Below, in pieces: positions 39,285-52,876 of a stretch of DNA of 64,000 bases. A program made the translations under genes and the position numbers. Origin of the DNA: Antedon mediterranea (taxonomy: Eukaryota; Animalia; Echinodermata). The notes beneath the pieces were generated by a model. The model searched no databases. It was not told where the DNA came from and worked only from the letters and a program-made list of their open reading frames with translations. How positions within the stretch are numbered: position 1 is the first letter of the stretch; every line of letters starts with the position of its first letter. The stretch is taken from NCBI RefSeq assembly GCF_964355755.1, contig NC_092670.1, forward strand, positions 31,112,388 to 31,176,387, given 5' to 3'.

Positions 39285-42200
39285 AGTAGTCATTTCCATA
39301 CTATATTCGATAACTTAATGAATCATAACTTGTTGTAGTTATTTAAAATTTCACCTGGTGACATGTGTAACACTCTTCTCTCTGATGGTGCTGCTACAGT
39401 CTTATTTATTTATTTATTTTTAATTTTTTTATGTTGTATTTGATATTTGGTATGTTTATATTCAATTTTATATACTTCTTTTTAACTGTAAAATTAAAAG
39501 CAATTTGGCCCTTTGAGCCACTATTTGTAATATAATTTTGATTGAATAAATAAAGTGAATGATAATTATGTTTTTTCTTAATCACTTCTCTTTCACATGA
39601 GTTACAAACATTTTAATTTTCATTAGTCATCATATCAAAATATTAAAATAATGTGAACTACTTAATTTCATCTATACAGCATATGTTAATATGTTATAGC
39701 TCATCGGAATAAAATATGACCCACGTGATTAAAACTTATTTTGGAAGATGTTGAATCGTAGATATGGATGGATAATAAAAACTGTATGTATCTGACGTCG
39801 TCATATGTGGTCTCAGTTGAATTAAAAAAGTCGGATTTTCATCTCTTTAGTAAAAGTTCATCGCGTTTAAAAGATAGCGCCTATCGTTTTACGTGCCCAA
39901 AATTCTTCAAAATGTTATTAATTTCTAAAACTGTTATCTTCATCATGTTAAAATTTGAATAAAAATGGATCTTGTACTTTCTTCAATGCTAAACTGTACA
40001 TAACTTATACAGTGTACTCTGCAAATACTGTATGACACAAAATAGACAAAATCTGAACAAATTAAAACCCTGCAAAATCTAGGTCCTAGAGTTCAGTTAA
40101 GCAAAAGAAGAAAAAAACAATGGGGATTTTTATATGACATTCTATACTCTATCAGAAAAAACAAAACCTTTTCTTTTCCGACAAATGTGTATATTCAAAT
40201 GTTCTGCACCCAAGTAACTAGATGTATGATCATTTGTAAACAATATATAAAAAACATTTAAATTGAAATGAATAGAATTGTTTCGGATAACAACAAATAA
40301 AAAGAACTTAAACTACATGGTGAAACTATCCCCCGCCGGACACTATTTCATCTGACACAATACACAACTAAAACATTTCAAATTGGCTTTACAGAATTGC
40401 ATTATGGTTCTGCTGGCCTGCCCTTGTTGTAGGTAAATGTGCGATAAAAGTGTATTCTCTAGGGTAAGCTTACTTGTGGCCAATTACCATCCATAAACAT
40501 GCCATTTCACTTTTTTTTTTTATATGAAAGCGTTTTCCTATATCTTTTTAAAGAATGTTAATGTTAATAATTAAAATTTTTGTTTAAATTTCCTTTGTCA
40601 ATATAGTCCATATAATTTACGATGAGTGTTTTAAAATAATTATACATTTGTTTACCTTAAGATAATTATCTACTACTGTTTGATAATCAAGTTAAAGTTC
40701 ATTTCAAATTTTAAAGAAAGCGAATTGTATAGCAATATTATAACTATTTTAGAAGTAGTATTAGTAATTCAGCTGCATGGATGCCTAGACAGATAATGTA
40801 TAATTAATTGGAACAGAATTTAACACTACAGATTAACCCTTCCTAACTCACACCCTAGATATTGTAAACACTTACCTTATTGGATGCGCACCTATTTAAC
40901 CATACCCAGTTTAAAGGCAAGAGAAAAGTGTTACATCGTGCTCTAAAACGTTCCTATAAGTAGGCACTGTTTCTGAATTGTGCGCAGTCGCATAAGCTTT
41001 AAAAAAATATCGTTTTATTATAGGTCTTTCTATTAAGCATAGCAATGCCTGTAGAATGATAATTTTTATAAAAGATTATTATTTTAGTACGTTTATATTA
41101 GAAGATAGTAGATTATTTTTTAGATGTAAAACTGAAAACGAAAAGCTTGTGTCTTAAGAATTTCAAACTGTGAGATTAATACTAGATAGATACATTTACA
41201 CTAACTTCATTACTTCATCAATCATTACTTGATTTCTTATTAATCTTATTCTATTACATACAATCTTAAATAGCAATATACATTGAATATCAAACATACA
41301 TTTAATTTAAAAATAAATAGTACTTTTACGATTAAAAAGTTAATGAAATACCTTTTCTGAATGGTAAACAATGTAAAGACGATTCTAATAATGTAAGCGG
41401 CCCACTATAAATCTTGACATGCATTGCACGCAGATTGATATTTTCGTTTTTTTTTCTGTGATTCACCCACTTTATCCATCGCGAAGGCCAAAACACATGT
41501 GAAGAATCGTAACTTTTTAGTAAAAATACCGGGTTTCCTCCAATTTTTATTAACGAATTCTGGCAAAAACAGACAATTAATGCAGCAACTAGGCCTATAG
41601 CTAGCGTACGATGTTCGTAAGTTATTGCGGTTTACCAGTTAGGCCTACAAAAATAAGCCTAGCTAGACCATCTACGATCGAGTGGATTGTTTCTCTCTTT
41701 AATATCAATTCAAATCAATTCACATTTATTTAGTTATCGTTTATAATTACAATTTCAGTATATAATTGACGGCAAGGATCCTGCATAAAGAAGTTTACGA
41801 TTCTGTTTTTGCAGGAACTTTTACATAAAAGCATAAAACAATAAAACACAACATAAATTAAATAAAAGTTAAAGAAACGACATTTACTATATTCATTTTA
41901 GTGTTTTTCATCAGCATTAAAGCAATAAATAGTGTTTTTTAACATGTTATTTTTTCTTTCAAATTATTCAGTTTATTACCGCCAGTGAATTCCTTCCACA
42001 GCTTTGGTTCATAATATATGTGTATACAGTGTTGTCATAATTTGTTGTTGTCTTGTGTGGGTTCGTATGTATTATCATACTCTGTTATAAATATTATATT
42101 TTTTAAGCATATTTATATGTTACAATGTTAAAAGTAATTGTAATAAAAATATTGCATTCGTTATTTTACATTAAAAAAAAGTAATTTAAATATGTAACAA

Positions 42201-42667
42201 AATTCCAATAAAAAACGATAAAAATTGATTAAAAACGTACTTTTGACAGTTGTCATTATTCTATAAATCCCGTGTTCGTGTTCGGGTAGAGAGGCTAAAC
42301 TCAGGGGAGGAATATATTATACCCTCCCTTTTGTCATAATTTAACATTAAACGTACATTTAAGACAATGCATGACCTGGTTGAATGTTTTTAAAGTATAT
42401 TATGCATTATTTTTACAAAACGTCAAAAATGGTAAGGAATGGGGAATGTGTCTTTTTAAATACTTAAAGACCCATACCCTAATTATCCATATCTATTCTA
42501 ATGTTACAGTGCTAAACTTCAATTGAACCAGCATATTCAAAATTACAAAGAAACAAAATTCACTTTTTTAGAGTGAATGTCATCCTTTTAAAGATTGGTA
42601 TTAAAGAGTGAAGCAATTGGTTTTCACTCTTTTACATTAAAAGAGTACGGTAAATCAACCAAACAAG

Positions 42668-45600
42668 TAATAATAATAATAATATTTATTCGGCAAAAGT
42701 TCATAAAGTACATTTTACAATTCATCTTGCCAGGAGCAAGTAATAGGCATGAGCCCAAACAGAAAACTGCTCTTACTCCATCATTACTTATAAATACAAA
42801 AATAACAAAACTAAGTAGCACAAATTAAGTCAAAATAAAACAAAAACATAGTTATAATGAGATACACCAATTAAAAATAAGCTGCATTGAATAAACAATA
42901 TAAACAATTACAACTTAATATTTTGAGATCAAATGTTTGATGAGTTGGGCTTTAAAGTCTGAAATTGTAGCACATTGTTTAATTTCATTGGGAAGTTGCT
43001 CCCATAATCTAGGGAAAATAACAAACGATGAATTTAAAAATGTATTGGTCTTTGCCTTCCAATGTATTAACCGCCCTTCACACCTCTCACTTGATCTCAC
43101 AAACTCATTAAAGGATGATGGACAGAGGCCATGCATTATTTTAAAACCTAATGTGAGTCTATACACTTTAAATATATCTTCAATACTTAAAATATTTAGG
43201 GTCTTTAACCTATATAAATATGAGGTGTCCCAATTTCCTTCTTTTCTGTACATAATTATTCAGTGGCCTTTCTCTGAACCCTTTCAAGTCTATACATATG
43301 AGATATTTCAGTAGGTGCCCACATACAACAACAGTAAGTCACAACAGGTAGTATTAGTGCTTTGTAAAGATTTAGCATTGCCATCCAAGACATTGCTTTA
43401 CTACATCTTGAAACAAAACCAAGAAGTTTGCTTGCCTTACTACAAACATAATCTACATGAGAGTGGCATGGTAATTTACTGTTGATATATACACCAAGTA
43501 GTTTGAATTCATGGACTCTTTCCGTTGAATCGGAATTGATATCGTAAGCAAATATGATGGGATCTTTACACCTGGATAAACTCATTGCTGCACATTTTGA
43601 TGCATTTAATGGTAGTTTATTTAAAACTGACCATTCATAAATCTTATTAAATCACTCTGTAACTTTATACAGTCTTCTAATTCATGAATAGGTCTTGAAA
43701 TGGTATTGTCACCTGCAAATTGAAAAATTGAAGATTCTATACCATATTCAAGATCACTCACATACAATAGAAACAAAAGAGGGCCAAGAACTGACCCCTG
43801 GGGTACCCCTGATATTACATTCTTCCAATGCGATATTTCACCTCTATAGATAACTCTTTGTTTTCTATTTAAAAGAAAATCCTGGATCCATTTATTTAAA
43901 CCTTTGTTTAAGCCAATATTGTTAAGTTTCTTAATCAGACGATTATGGGGTACTTTATCAAAAGCAGATGAAAAATCTAAGAAAATTACATCTACTTGCT
44001 TACAATTTTTTGCATCTAAACTTTGAGCCCATGAATGAAACGCCTTAGTGAGTAACAATTCAGTACTATAAGCATGTCTAAAACCAAACTGATTATCTGA
44101 TAATATACTATTAGCCTCTAAGAAATTATTGATTCGGGTACACACAAGTTTCTCCATAATTTTACAAACAATTGGTGTTAAAGACACAGGTCTGTAACTC
44201 TTAAAATCACCTTTAGGTTTTCCATGCTTTTTGAAAACAGGTACAACATTAGCAGTTTTCCACTGTTTTGGTAAAATGCCTTTTTCTAAAGATAAGTTAA
44301 AAAAGTCGCACAACAATCGTGCTAGTTCTGCCCTACAAACCTTTAGAAATATGGGAAGTAAATTATCAGGTCCTGGAGATTTTGAAACAATTAAATAGTT
44401 TAATGCCTGATAAACTTCCATCACATTAAATTTCTCAAGTTCCATATAATGCTGAGGGATAATATCAGAGTTGCAGAGCAAGTCATCATTACCACCATCA
44501 TCATTATTACTGAAATTACTAGAAAATTGATCATTAAACAAATTTGCTATCTCTCTAGCATCTGTTACTATAGCATCATTAATCTTAAAACTTATAACTT
44601 GTGAATCTTGTCTAATTGCCCTAATATATGCCTAAAATTGCTTTATATTTGAAGTAGCCTTATTTGAGATGTCTAGAACATAATTTCTGTGACTATAATA
44701 TATGGCTTTTTTCAGTTCCTTACTACAACACTTAAATCTATCTGTAGCTTCATTTGTTTTTAAAATCTTAGCCTTCCTATATAATTTTCTTTTCTTTGTA
44801 CAAAGTTTCTTAATTTCTGTAGTAATCCATGGAAATGATTTAGTCTTATTTCTTTTCTTAATAGGCACAGATTCAGAAATAGCCTTGTTTATATTGTTCA
44901 TTATACTATCCCAAATATTATTAATATTTTCAAACATAAAACAATTTTCCCAATTAAAATTAATTAATATGCTTTTCATCTTTTCAAAATCTGCATTTTT
45001 TAGTGCATATACAGTTTTTGTTATAACTTTGTCACGTTGTTTTGATATCCTTAGACATATCTCAATTGCCTCATGATCACATGAGTCAAAATTGTTAATA
45101 ATTTGACATTTATCAATTAAAAGTGGATTACTAACAAAAGCCAAGTCCAAAAAGTGCCCATCCCCATTTCGTGTTACATAAGAAGGCTGATCTATTATTT
45201 GCACTAGTCCAGTTGCCATTGTTCCTTCTACCAAGCTTCCTGCTTGGGCGGATAAACCATTGTTCACATTCAAACAATTCCAATCAACATGAATATTAAA
45301 GTCGCCTATGAGTAATACTGTACCTGTTTGTAATCAACAACTTTTGCTTGAACTTTATCTAGATTATCAATAACGGAATTTAAATATTGAACATTTGAAG
45401 AAGGCGGCCTATAAAACACTCCTAATAAAATTTTACCTATATTACTATGACATTCTATCCAAATCAGTTCAAGTGTATCAACATTATTGAGATCTGTGCA
45501 TAAAGATGGATTTAAACATGTTTTACAAGCAATTAAAACCCCTCCTCCATGAGAATTTTTATCCTTTCTAAAAATGGTATAATCATTGTTTAAAAGCTGA

Positions 45601-47405
45601 CTATCATATACTGTGCTATCGAGCCATGTCTCTGATATAGCAATGACGTCATGAGACGAAGAAGAAAATCTAACATTGAAATCTAATAATTTGTTTTTCA
45701 CACTTCTTATTACAATAGAATAAACTTAACATTTTACTTGATTTTGTGTTACCTGAATTTACTATATTACTGCTATTATTACTAGAATCATTGTTTATAT
45801 TAATTTCATTTAATGTTATGTGATTATCATCAGCACACTTCATCTTAGCTACATTTATTACGGCTTCATCTACTTTGCCATTTTTTCAGTCTTCAACTTG
45901 GCAAAATTTCGCTTTGTGTCCTACTTGTTTACAAACCCAACACACAACTGCTTTTCCATGTTTGCAAACTCGTCGTACATGTCCACTCTCGCCACAGAAA
46001 TGACAATTTGCTACAGGCATGCTTTGATGATCTCTAGTGTGCGTGCTTCCAGTTCTTCTATTTTTCTTTGGTGATATTATTGACAGTACATTATTAATAC
46101 TCTTAACCAAGGCTGATGCACCCCTCAAGTTAAGATGTAAACCATGACTTGTAAACTTTGATGAATCCACTCCATATCGTGTAGTGAAAGCTCGGCTGTG
46201 ATCAATAACAATGTTACCGAAAGAATATTTGAGCATTTCATTTACGTCAAATACGCGTCTGTTTAATGAAAGATCATCAAGTCTCGGGCAAATCACTGAG
46301 ATGAAAACCTCACCTGTTATCCTCATTTTAAGCCTTGATATCATATCAGTGTAGTCGTTCTTTAGCCTATCCAAGTCAAAGTTGATATCGCAACAGTCAT
46401 TTGTTCCAGCATGAATGACAACATTTTCTACATTGGTCAGATCGATCTCACATAATGTATAGTTAACTTGTTCCACAGTTGCTCCTCTTAATGTTCTCAC
46501 AGATGTTTCACATAGACCATTTGTCTTAATATGCTTCAGCATAGAGTCACCTATTATTAGATTTCTTTGTTGTTTAGCTGGAATTTGTTTGGCTGGAATC
46601 TGTTTAGCTGGAATTTGTTTAGCTGGAATTTGTTTAGCTGGAAGTTGTTTTGCTGGAATTTGTTCGGCTTTCTTTGCAGGCTTCGGTGATACATTATTAT
46701 AAGTAATATTTTGCAAATTTTCTTCACAGACTTTGCCTTCTTCCCTCCTAGTGATACTGAGGCAAGGGTTATTCAAATTAATAGATGTTTGAGTATTTGA
46801 TTTTACAACTGATCTCTTTGCTGAACATCTTGGTTGTTTGAAATCCTGTTCACTTACTAGAACCTGTAACGTCTTGACTTGTTCCTCTAATACAGCATTC
46901 CTATCAATAATTTCCTTATACGACGAGGATGAGAGATGGGCAAAATTTGCACGAACATCACGATATTCACTTAGTTGTTTCTTTAGATCTGCAATTTTAT
47001 CCTCACAGCTCCTTAACTTTCTGCTTAGAGTAGAAGACTGTTCCCATGTTTCACCAGTCTGCGTTACAGCATCAGCAACAGATTCAACAGTTTGACATGA
47101 AATAGAATCTGTTTTTGTTGTTGTAAGTCTTGCTTTTGAACCACATCCAATAGTAATAGGAGTAGAACAAACAGTTGGTACCACTAGAGAAACTTCACTA
47201 TCAGATTTTAGATATTATTTATCTAGAAAACTATAACAGGTTGAAACTTCATCACAGCTATCATCAGCTAGGCTGAAACTGAAATCAACCATTGACATCT
47301 TCGACAATGAGGAACAAGCCAGTCCAGGAAGACAATGAAAAGCTTAAAACAAAGCTTGATATCTTTAGCACTAGGGCTAGAAAAAGCACAGTTAAAAACT
47401 GCTAT
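42668..47405 (-). mobile_element. Near full-length, disabled CR1/L2-group LINE
   Basis: ORF2 APE (ISETWLD, GGGVL, GVFYRPP, LDLAF, DHEAI) and RT broken into five ORFs; (TTA)n tail; catalytic FADD changed to FAGD; 5' boundary approximate. Confidence 0.92.
45886..47298 (-). pseudogene. LINE ORF1: coiled coil, SGNH-like esterase and two CCHC knuckles; one in-frame stop near 47215
   Basis: LIIGDSMLK, RGAT, IHAGTND and HGLHL blocks; CHFCGESGHVRRVC and CWVCKQVGHKAKFC; in-frame ATG at 47298. Confidence 0.8.
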
Positions 47406-47413
47406 ATCTATAT

Positions 47414-48724
47414 ATAAATTTACGTAAGGGCAAAATTCGATAAATCGCGGTTTATTTCTAGAATTTTTACTCGATGGTATATAAAGTTGGTTCGTACTTT
47501 CGGTACTGATATTAACCACCTGATGTAACCCTATTTACTAATTAAATTGAGTTAGATAATTAGTTATTGACGATTAAAACGAATTTAGGTTCAACGATTT
47601 GCCCCAAATAGGGGTGTTTTCCGATCGTGGTATACACTGTCTAATGGATGTCCAACTTGAAAAATACCCGCACACAATAATACTAGGACGCTTCGCATTT
47701 TCCTATCTCCTCCTATGATAATTGTTTTTAATAGCTGAAAACCGGTTGAACTGCCCGAGTACAGCATCATAATGTTGAAGACAGGCCGATTTTCTTTAAA
47801 AAATACTATTTTGATAGATTTAATTTACGTTTTTACAAATGTATTGATTTGCGATGAATGGAACATTCCAATCTCTCAGTCTGCCAGTTTGGTTTAACAC
47901 AAGTAGGTAAATTTATGAGCCCTTGGAGAATAAACTTGCAATACTTTGACAATACAGTACTGCAAATACCTATTAACCATTTTTGGTCGTCATTTGAATC
48001 GAACATTTCTTACTGTGAATACTGTTAGATGTAAAAAAATATATACAAACATTTCTTACTGTGAATACTGTTAGATGTAAAAAAATATATACAAATAAAC
48101 TTTATTACTGTGATTATGGGTAGGCTCTACTGTTAGATATATAAACACGTAATATACAAATAAACTTTATTACTGACAGTTGCTTCTCAACGTTTGCATT
48201 AATTAATAATTACAAAAAATATAAACGTCGTAGTGGTGTATCGTTACATGTACTTTACTATTTCAATCGACTATGACAGTGACAGTTTTAACAAAGTATT
48301 AAATCGCAAATGTTTTACTATATTTAGTCACCGTTAGTGGTATATTATTTATAAGCCTATAAAAAATGAAAACAATATTTCGTTACTGACGTGGATAAAG
48401 AATATATTTAAAAATTGTTCCTCTTTGTACCTATCCTCTTTCCCATACCTCAACCCTAATTGGGTTTCTTTAAATGAATAAACAAGTTGGACTCATTTTG
48501 TGGTAAGTTTCTCTTTCGGAAGTAATTCCCAGGGTGCTAATTTTGGTTGACTACATAAATCATTGTGTCTACTTATTCGTTTCTGTAAACGGCAATGTAT
48601 TATAGTCCTACGGTACGTGCATTTAAAATCGCCAGATTTTTTACCCTGAAATTACTGTGTATTCGAGAACCATCTGTGGGCACGACCTAGATGGTACGCG
48701 AGCGAAGCGAGCGTACCATCTAGT
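47414..48724 (+). mobile_element. Old Helitron-like repeat ending in a hairpin and CTAG|T
   Basis: Terminal CTAGATGGTACGC-GAGCGAAGCGA-GCGTACCATCTAG then T; inverted homologue at 57822-58400; internal duplication of about 47 bp at 48002-48095. Confidence 0.55.
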
Positions 48725-49419
48725 CTCTCAAATTACCTCAAAATATCCAATGAAACTTTCATAACTATATCCAATATCAGTTCAGCTTTCCAATAGTGTT
48801 AGGAATAATACTATTATAATATGCATTATAATATACTACTGTACTATTGATTTGAGCTCCTTTCCCTTTATGATGGTATCTAAAAACATGATGACCCTCA
48901 TAATTGTGATATTTGTGATAAAAATTATATATAAATTATTTTATTATTATTAAAAAATAATAAAATTGAAAGTCAGTTAAGTCAAGAGATGTTATAAAAT
49001 ATTGTGTGTAATATTCATTAATAATAGAACGTATACATTATTGTACTTCGATAAAATTCTTCACTAGAGACCAACCATATTGAATAACAGACCTGAACGC
49101 ATACTATTAGTAATTTCCGTTCACTAGTTCTGAAATTAATAATTTCGCGATCGTGCACACATAGATGATAATATGCTTCATAGCTAACAATGTTGAAGAG
49201 TTAATTTCATAGTTATAATATGTATATACTATATTGTTTTTAACGTGCTTTGATAATGCAATTCAAGTTCATTACATTATATGAGATGTCATAAAAATGT
49301 AATTTAGTATCATAAACAAAATTATATAATAGTAAAGTGTAAATTATTAATAATTAAAAACGTTCAGTGTTGAAGATAAAACACCTGGCTATTTCCCAGC
49401 AAAAAGAACCAATAAGTGA

Positions 49420-49586
49420 GTAAGTGGCCGAGTGAGACAGTGGAAACGTACGTAATTACGTAGCCGTAACATCGGCAAGGGTTCGAGGCTCACTCACTCC
49501 ATGGTTCTGGTGGTAGAACAAGTCTTCTCGGATAAGGACTATAAACCGTAGGTCCAGTGCACACAACTAGCTCGTGTGCACTTTAA
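49420..49586 (+). mobile_element. tRNA-derived SINE with a Deu/Nin-like core, truncated at a TTAA by the Kolobok dimer
   Basis: GTGGCCGAGTG A box, GGTTCGAGGC B box, then TCGGATAAGGACTATAAACCGTAGGTCC...GTGCACTTTAA. Confidence 0.65.
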
Positions 49587-52500
49587 AGATGTATTTTCCC
49601 CCAAAAAATGAAAAATAAAGATGAAAAAAATCAAATTTTGAATAGACCGTTTTGTAGTTAACATAAAGTTATTCACTTCCACCGAAAAAAAATCCGAAAA
49701 AATATTGATTTCGCTTATAAAAAAATCAAAATAAGTTTACCATTTTTTCGAACTCATCGGCTCAGAAATTAGGCCGGTAGAGCTAACTCATACATATGCA
49801 TGATATGTTAATGAGCATCCACACAGCAGAGATCTGATCTAACAATGGACGATGCACGTTGTATGTACAACACCACCAGAGATCGACGCGACTCGACTGA
49901 GGGTTTCCCTGGCCTGATCGTATAAATATGTAAAGCTGAGCTGTTAATTTGTCGGTAAGTAGGCCTAGACGGTTATTTTAAATATAATAATATATATAAC
50001 GCAATAATAACAGGAAGGTAAATTAATTAACTTAGCCTGGGATTTTTTCCGTTCAGGGCTAGGCCTAGAATAATTAATACATGCTGCTGCATATTACTAG
50101 GCTAGTAGTAAGCAGACTGTGACAATCGGGAGCGCTAGTTCCGTTTCGCACCTGTTTTTATTTCGACTTCCTTTTGACTCCAAATTGTTAAGCAGCTTAT
50201 TGTGAATACTACACCTTAACACTGGGCCTCATAAGTACTTTTATGAAGAAGAATCACATAACAAGTAACAAATAAATCCTTAAATTGATGATTTTACAGA
50301 CATGTTTCTCGCATACCGTTCGCGAATTTAGCATACTCGAAGTTCAATATTTTCGTTTCTATGGAGCGCCAAAAGAGCAACAACAATAGATGGTTAAAAC
50401 CTCAGTGGAATGCGTCTTCTTTTAATGCATTATTATTGAAATACACGTTTAATTTTAATATATTTTGTCAATAAAAATGCTGTAACATTTTACTGCTAAT
50501 AATTTGCTGTTTTCAAATAGCAACCAACCCTAGGCCTAAGAGTATAAGACATGTAATATGATGATGAATTTGTCGATTTTCATTCCTAAAAGTTCCTGCA
50601 AAAACCATGTACAGTATCAACAGTAATATTTTTGTTGCATTAACATTGACAAAATAGGATAAAATTGAACGTAATTTTGACCAATAAATGCATTAAATAT
50701 ACGCAATTTACTGAGTTTTTAGCCCTTTATTATGATTGCTCTTTTGGCGCTCCATAGAAACAACAACATTGAACATGGAGTATGCGAAATTCACGAACCG
50801 ATGTGCGAGAAACACGTCTGTAAATTCATCAATTTAAAGGATTTGTTTTTTACTTATTGTGTGATCTCCTTCGTAAAAGTATTTTTGAGGCCTAATTCTA
50901 AGGTGTGGTACTCACGATAAAGTTACTTAACCAATTTTGAGTCGAAATAAACGACAGGTGCGAAACGGAACTAGCGCCCAATCGGGTCCCTGCAGAAGAT
51001 GACCAGCTAGGCCCTATACATTGTACTCTTCATAGACTGGCCTAGGCTATATGCCATCAATCTTAGCTAAATTCCGAAAATACAGCCAGCTTGCTGTACC
51101 ATATATATTTACAGTTGAAGCTTGTTTAACTAATTTTTATGATAAAAATAAAACAAACATTTTTCAGGGAAAATGGTTGCAATACAAGCCTGAAATTGAG
51201 AACCTTCCAGCAGCACTGTCTGTACAAGTAGACAGAGGGGAAAAGCCAGCTTAGCCATTTTACAACACAAACAAATGTTCTCTGTACTGTAGTAAGTCAA
51301 ATATTTATTTTCTTTTTTTATAAGTTATAATATTATAAGTAATGTGTTTTAATTACCATAGAAAGGTAGTATACTTATTTGACTATGTCAAAGTAAGCAA
51401 TTTCACTAGCCCAATTTTGCACTAAATATGCATGATCTATTTTTTCCAGATTTTCATACTTTGCTTTTACTTTTTTTAAAGACGTTGAGCTGATGACTGG
51501 AACAGAGGTCACCCAAAGACAACAATGATAGACTCGGTATTGGAATATGATTGGATATTGCAGGAAAAATATTTCTGACTCTCCTGCTGCATTCGGCCAA
51601 TATGTTCTTGTCCAGCTTGTAAAATATTGTATAATTTTTTTTTTATTATATGTACAGTATATTATTTTGTAAACATAACATTCAATAAATAAAAAAAAAA
51701 CTACTACAACAGTACACAGGATAAATTCTTCAAATTTACTTACACTTCATAATTTTACTGTAAATATTACAGTGCAAAAGGAGTTAATAAAATATATATA
51801 TACAGTATATCTTATTGAATTCCTGTATTGTTTTTTGTGTCAATTTGTCTACTAATTATCAATGTGTGTGGCAGTAATTACGACAGCTATAGTCTTCTAA
51901 GATCGCTCACATCCATTACAAAGTGTCATTTTAATAGTAAGAAACGTTTCAATAAATTGTGAATGTTGCCACTGTACGATACATTTTATGTTTCTCACTA
52001 CTTGCTCTTATTGTTCAATCAATCAACCTAAAAAAAAAAAGAAATTTGTGTCAAAATATCTGCATAAAATGTTTATTTGCGGAATGTTAATTTGAACCTA
52101 TTGCATTTGATACAGAAAATATTTTTAAAATATTGCATCAGTAAAACATCCAAAACAATTATTTAGATTTTCTTTTTTTTTTAATTTTCACTGCCGAATA
52201 GATAGTTGAAATCTTTAAAAATTAAACCAATTCATCATGATTAAAACAAAAATACGTCCCTTCTGGTGGTGGTCTACTGTAGCCCTAGCTAGCAGTGTAC
52301 TGCCTAGGCCTACTACACTCTACTTCTAGAGACAGAAGTAGGCAGCAGTTAGGCTACTCGAGACTGTCAGTGCTAGTACTAGCAGTAGTAGTAGACTAGT
52401 AGTACAGTAGCTAGGCCTCTCCTGTTAGCGAAACAAAAACTCACCTAAATGAATAAGATTCAACATCAAAGTTACCAACTGTAATTCTAACTTAGCATTC

Positions 52501-52872
52501 TGCTAGCTATAGTTTTCGTGTTTTCTTCAAGATTCGTCTCGCATCACTACTCGACTCTCTCGCACGCATGCATTGCTATCGTTGTTGGCTGTTGATTTGG
52601 AAAGCATCACCATCCACACGATGTATCCATACAATATGAATATTTATGAGCTAACTCAGGTCAAGGGTTAAATTAAACCGGAACACATTTGTCTTCCAGA
52701 CAAATAGCTTCCGGTTGGTTAATGTTTGCATTAAATTGCGATTTTCCCGTGTAAAAAAATATTTTTTTCAATCCAAATTGAGGTCAAAGTGAATAACTTT
52801 TATGTGCAATTAAAATGGCCTATTCAACAAAAATATTGAAAAAAATTTTTTTTTCAGGGGGACAATACATCT
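49587..52872 (+). mobile_element. Non-autonomous Kolobok element, copy 1
   Basis: TTAA|AGATGTATTTTCCCCC ... GGGGGACAATACATCT|TTAA. Confidence 0.85.
50131..50978. mobile_element. Merlin-like MITE inside Kolobok copy 1
   Basis: Long TIRs AGCGCTAGTTCCGTTTCGCACCTG / CAGGTGCGAAACGGAACTAGCGCC; 8-bp TSD CAATCGGG; absent from copy 2 (empty site at about 53423). Confidence 0.75.
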
Positions 52873-52876
52873 TTAA

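Noticed and set aside
40876-40945. Candidate upstream exon with a strong minus-strand donor (AAG|GTAAGT)
   Set aside because: The frame needed to join the 23712 acceptor contains a stop, and no signal peptide is visible
19606-47095. Plus-strand ORFs overlapping the LINEs, Gypsy and host exons (e.g. 19606, 23499, 30577, 42937, 44702, 46838)
   Set aside because: Antisense shadows of real coding sequence
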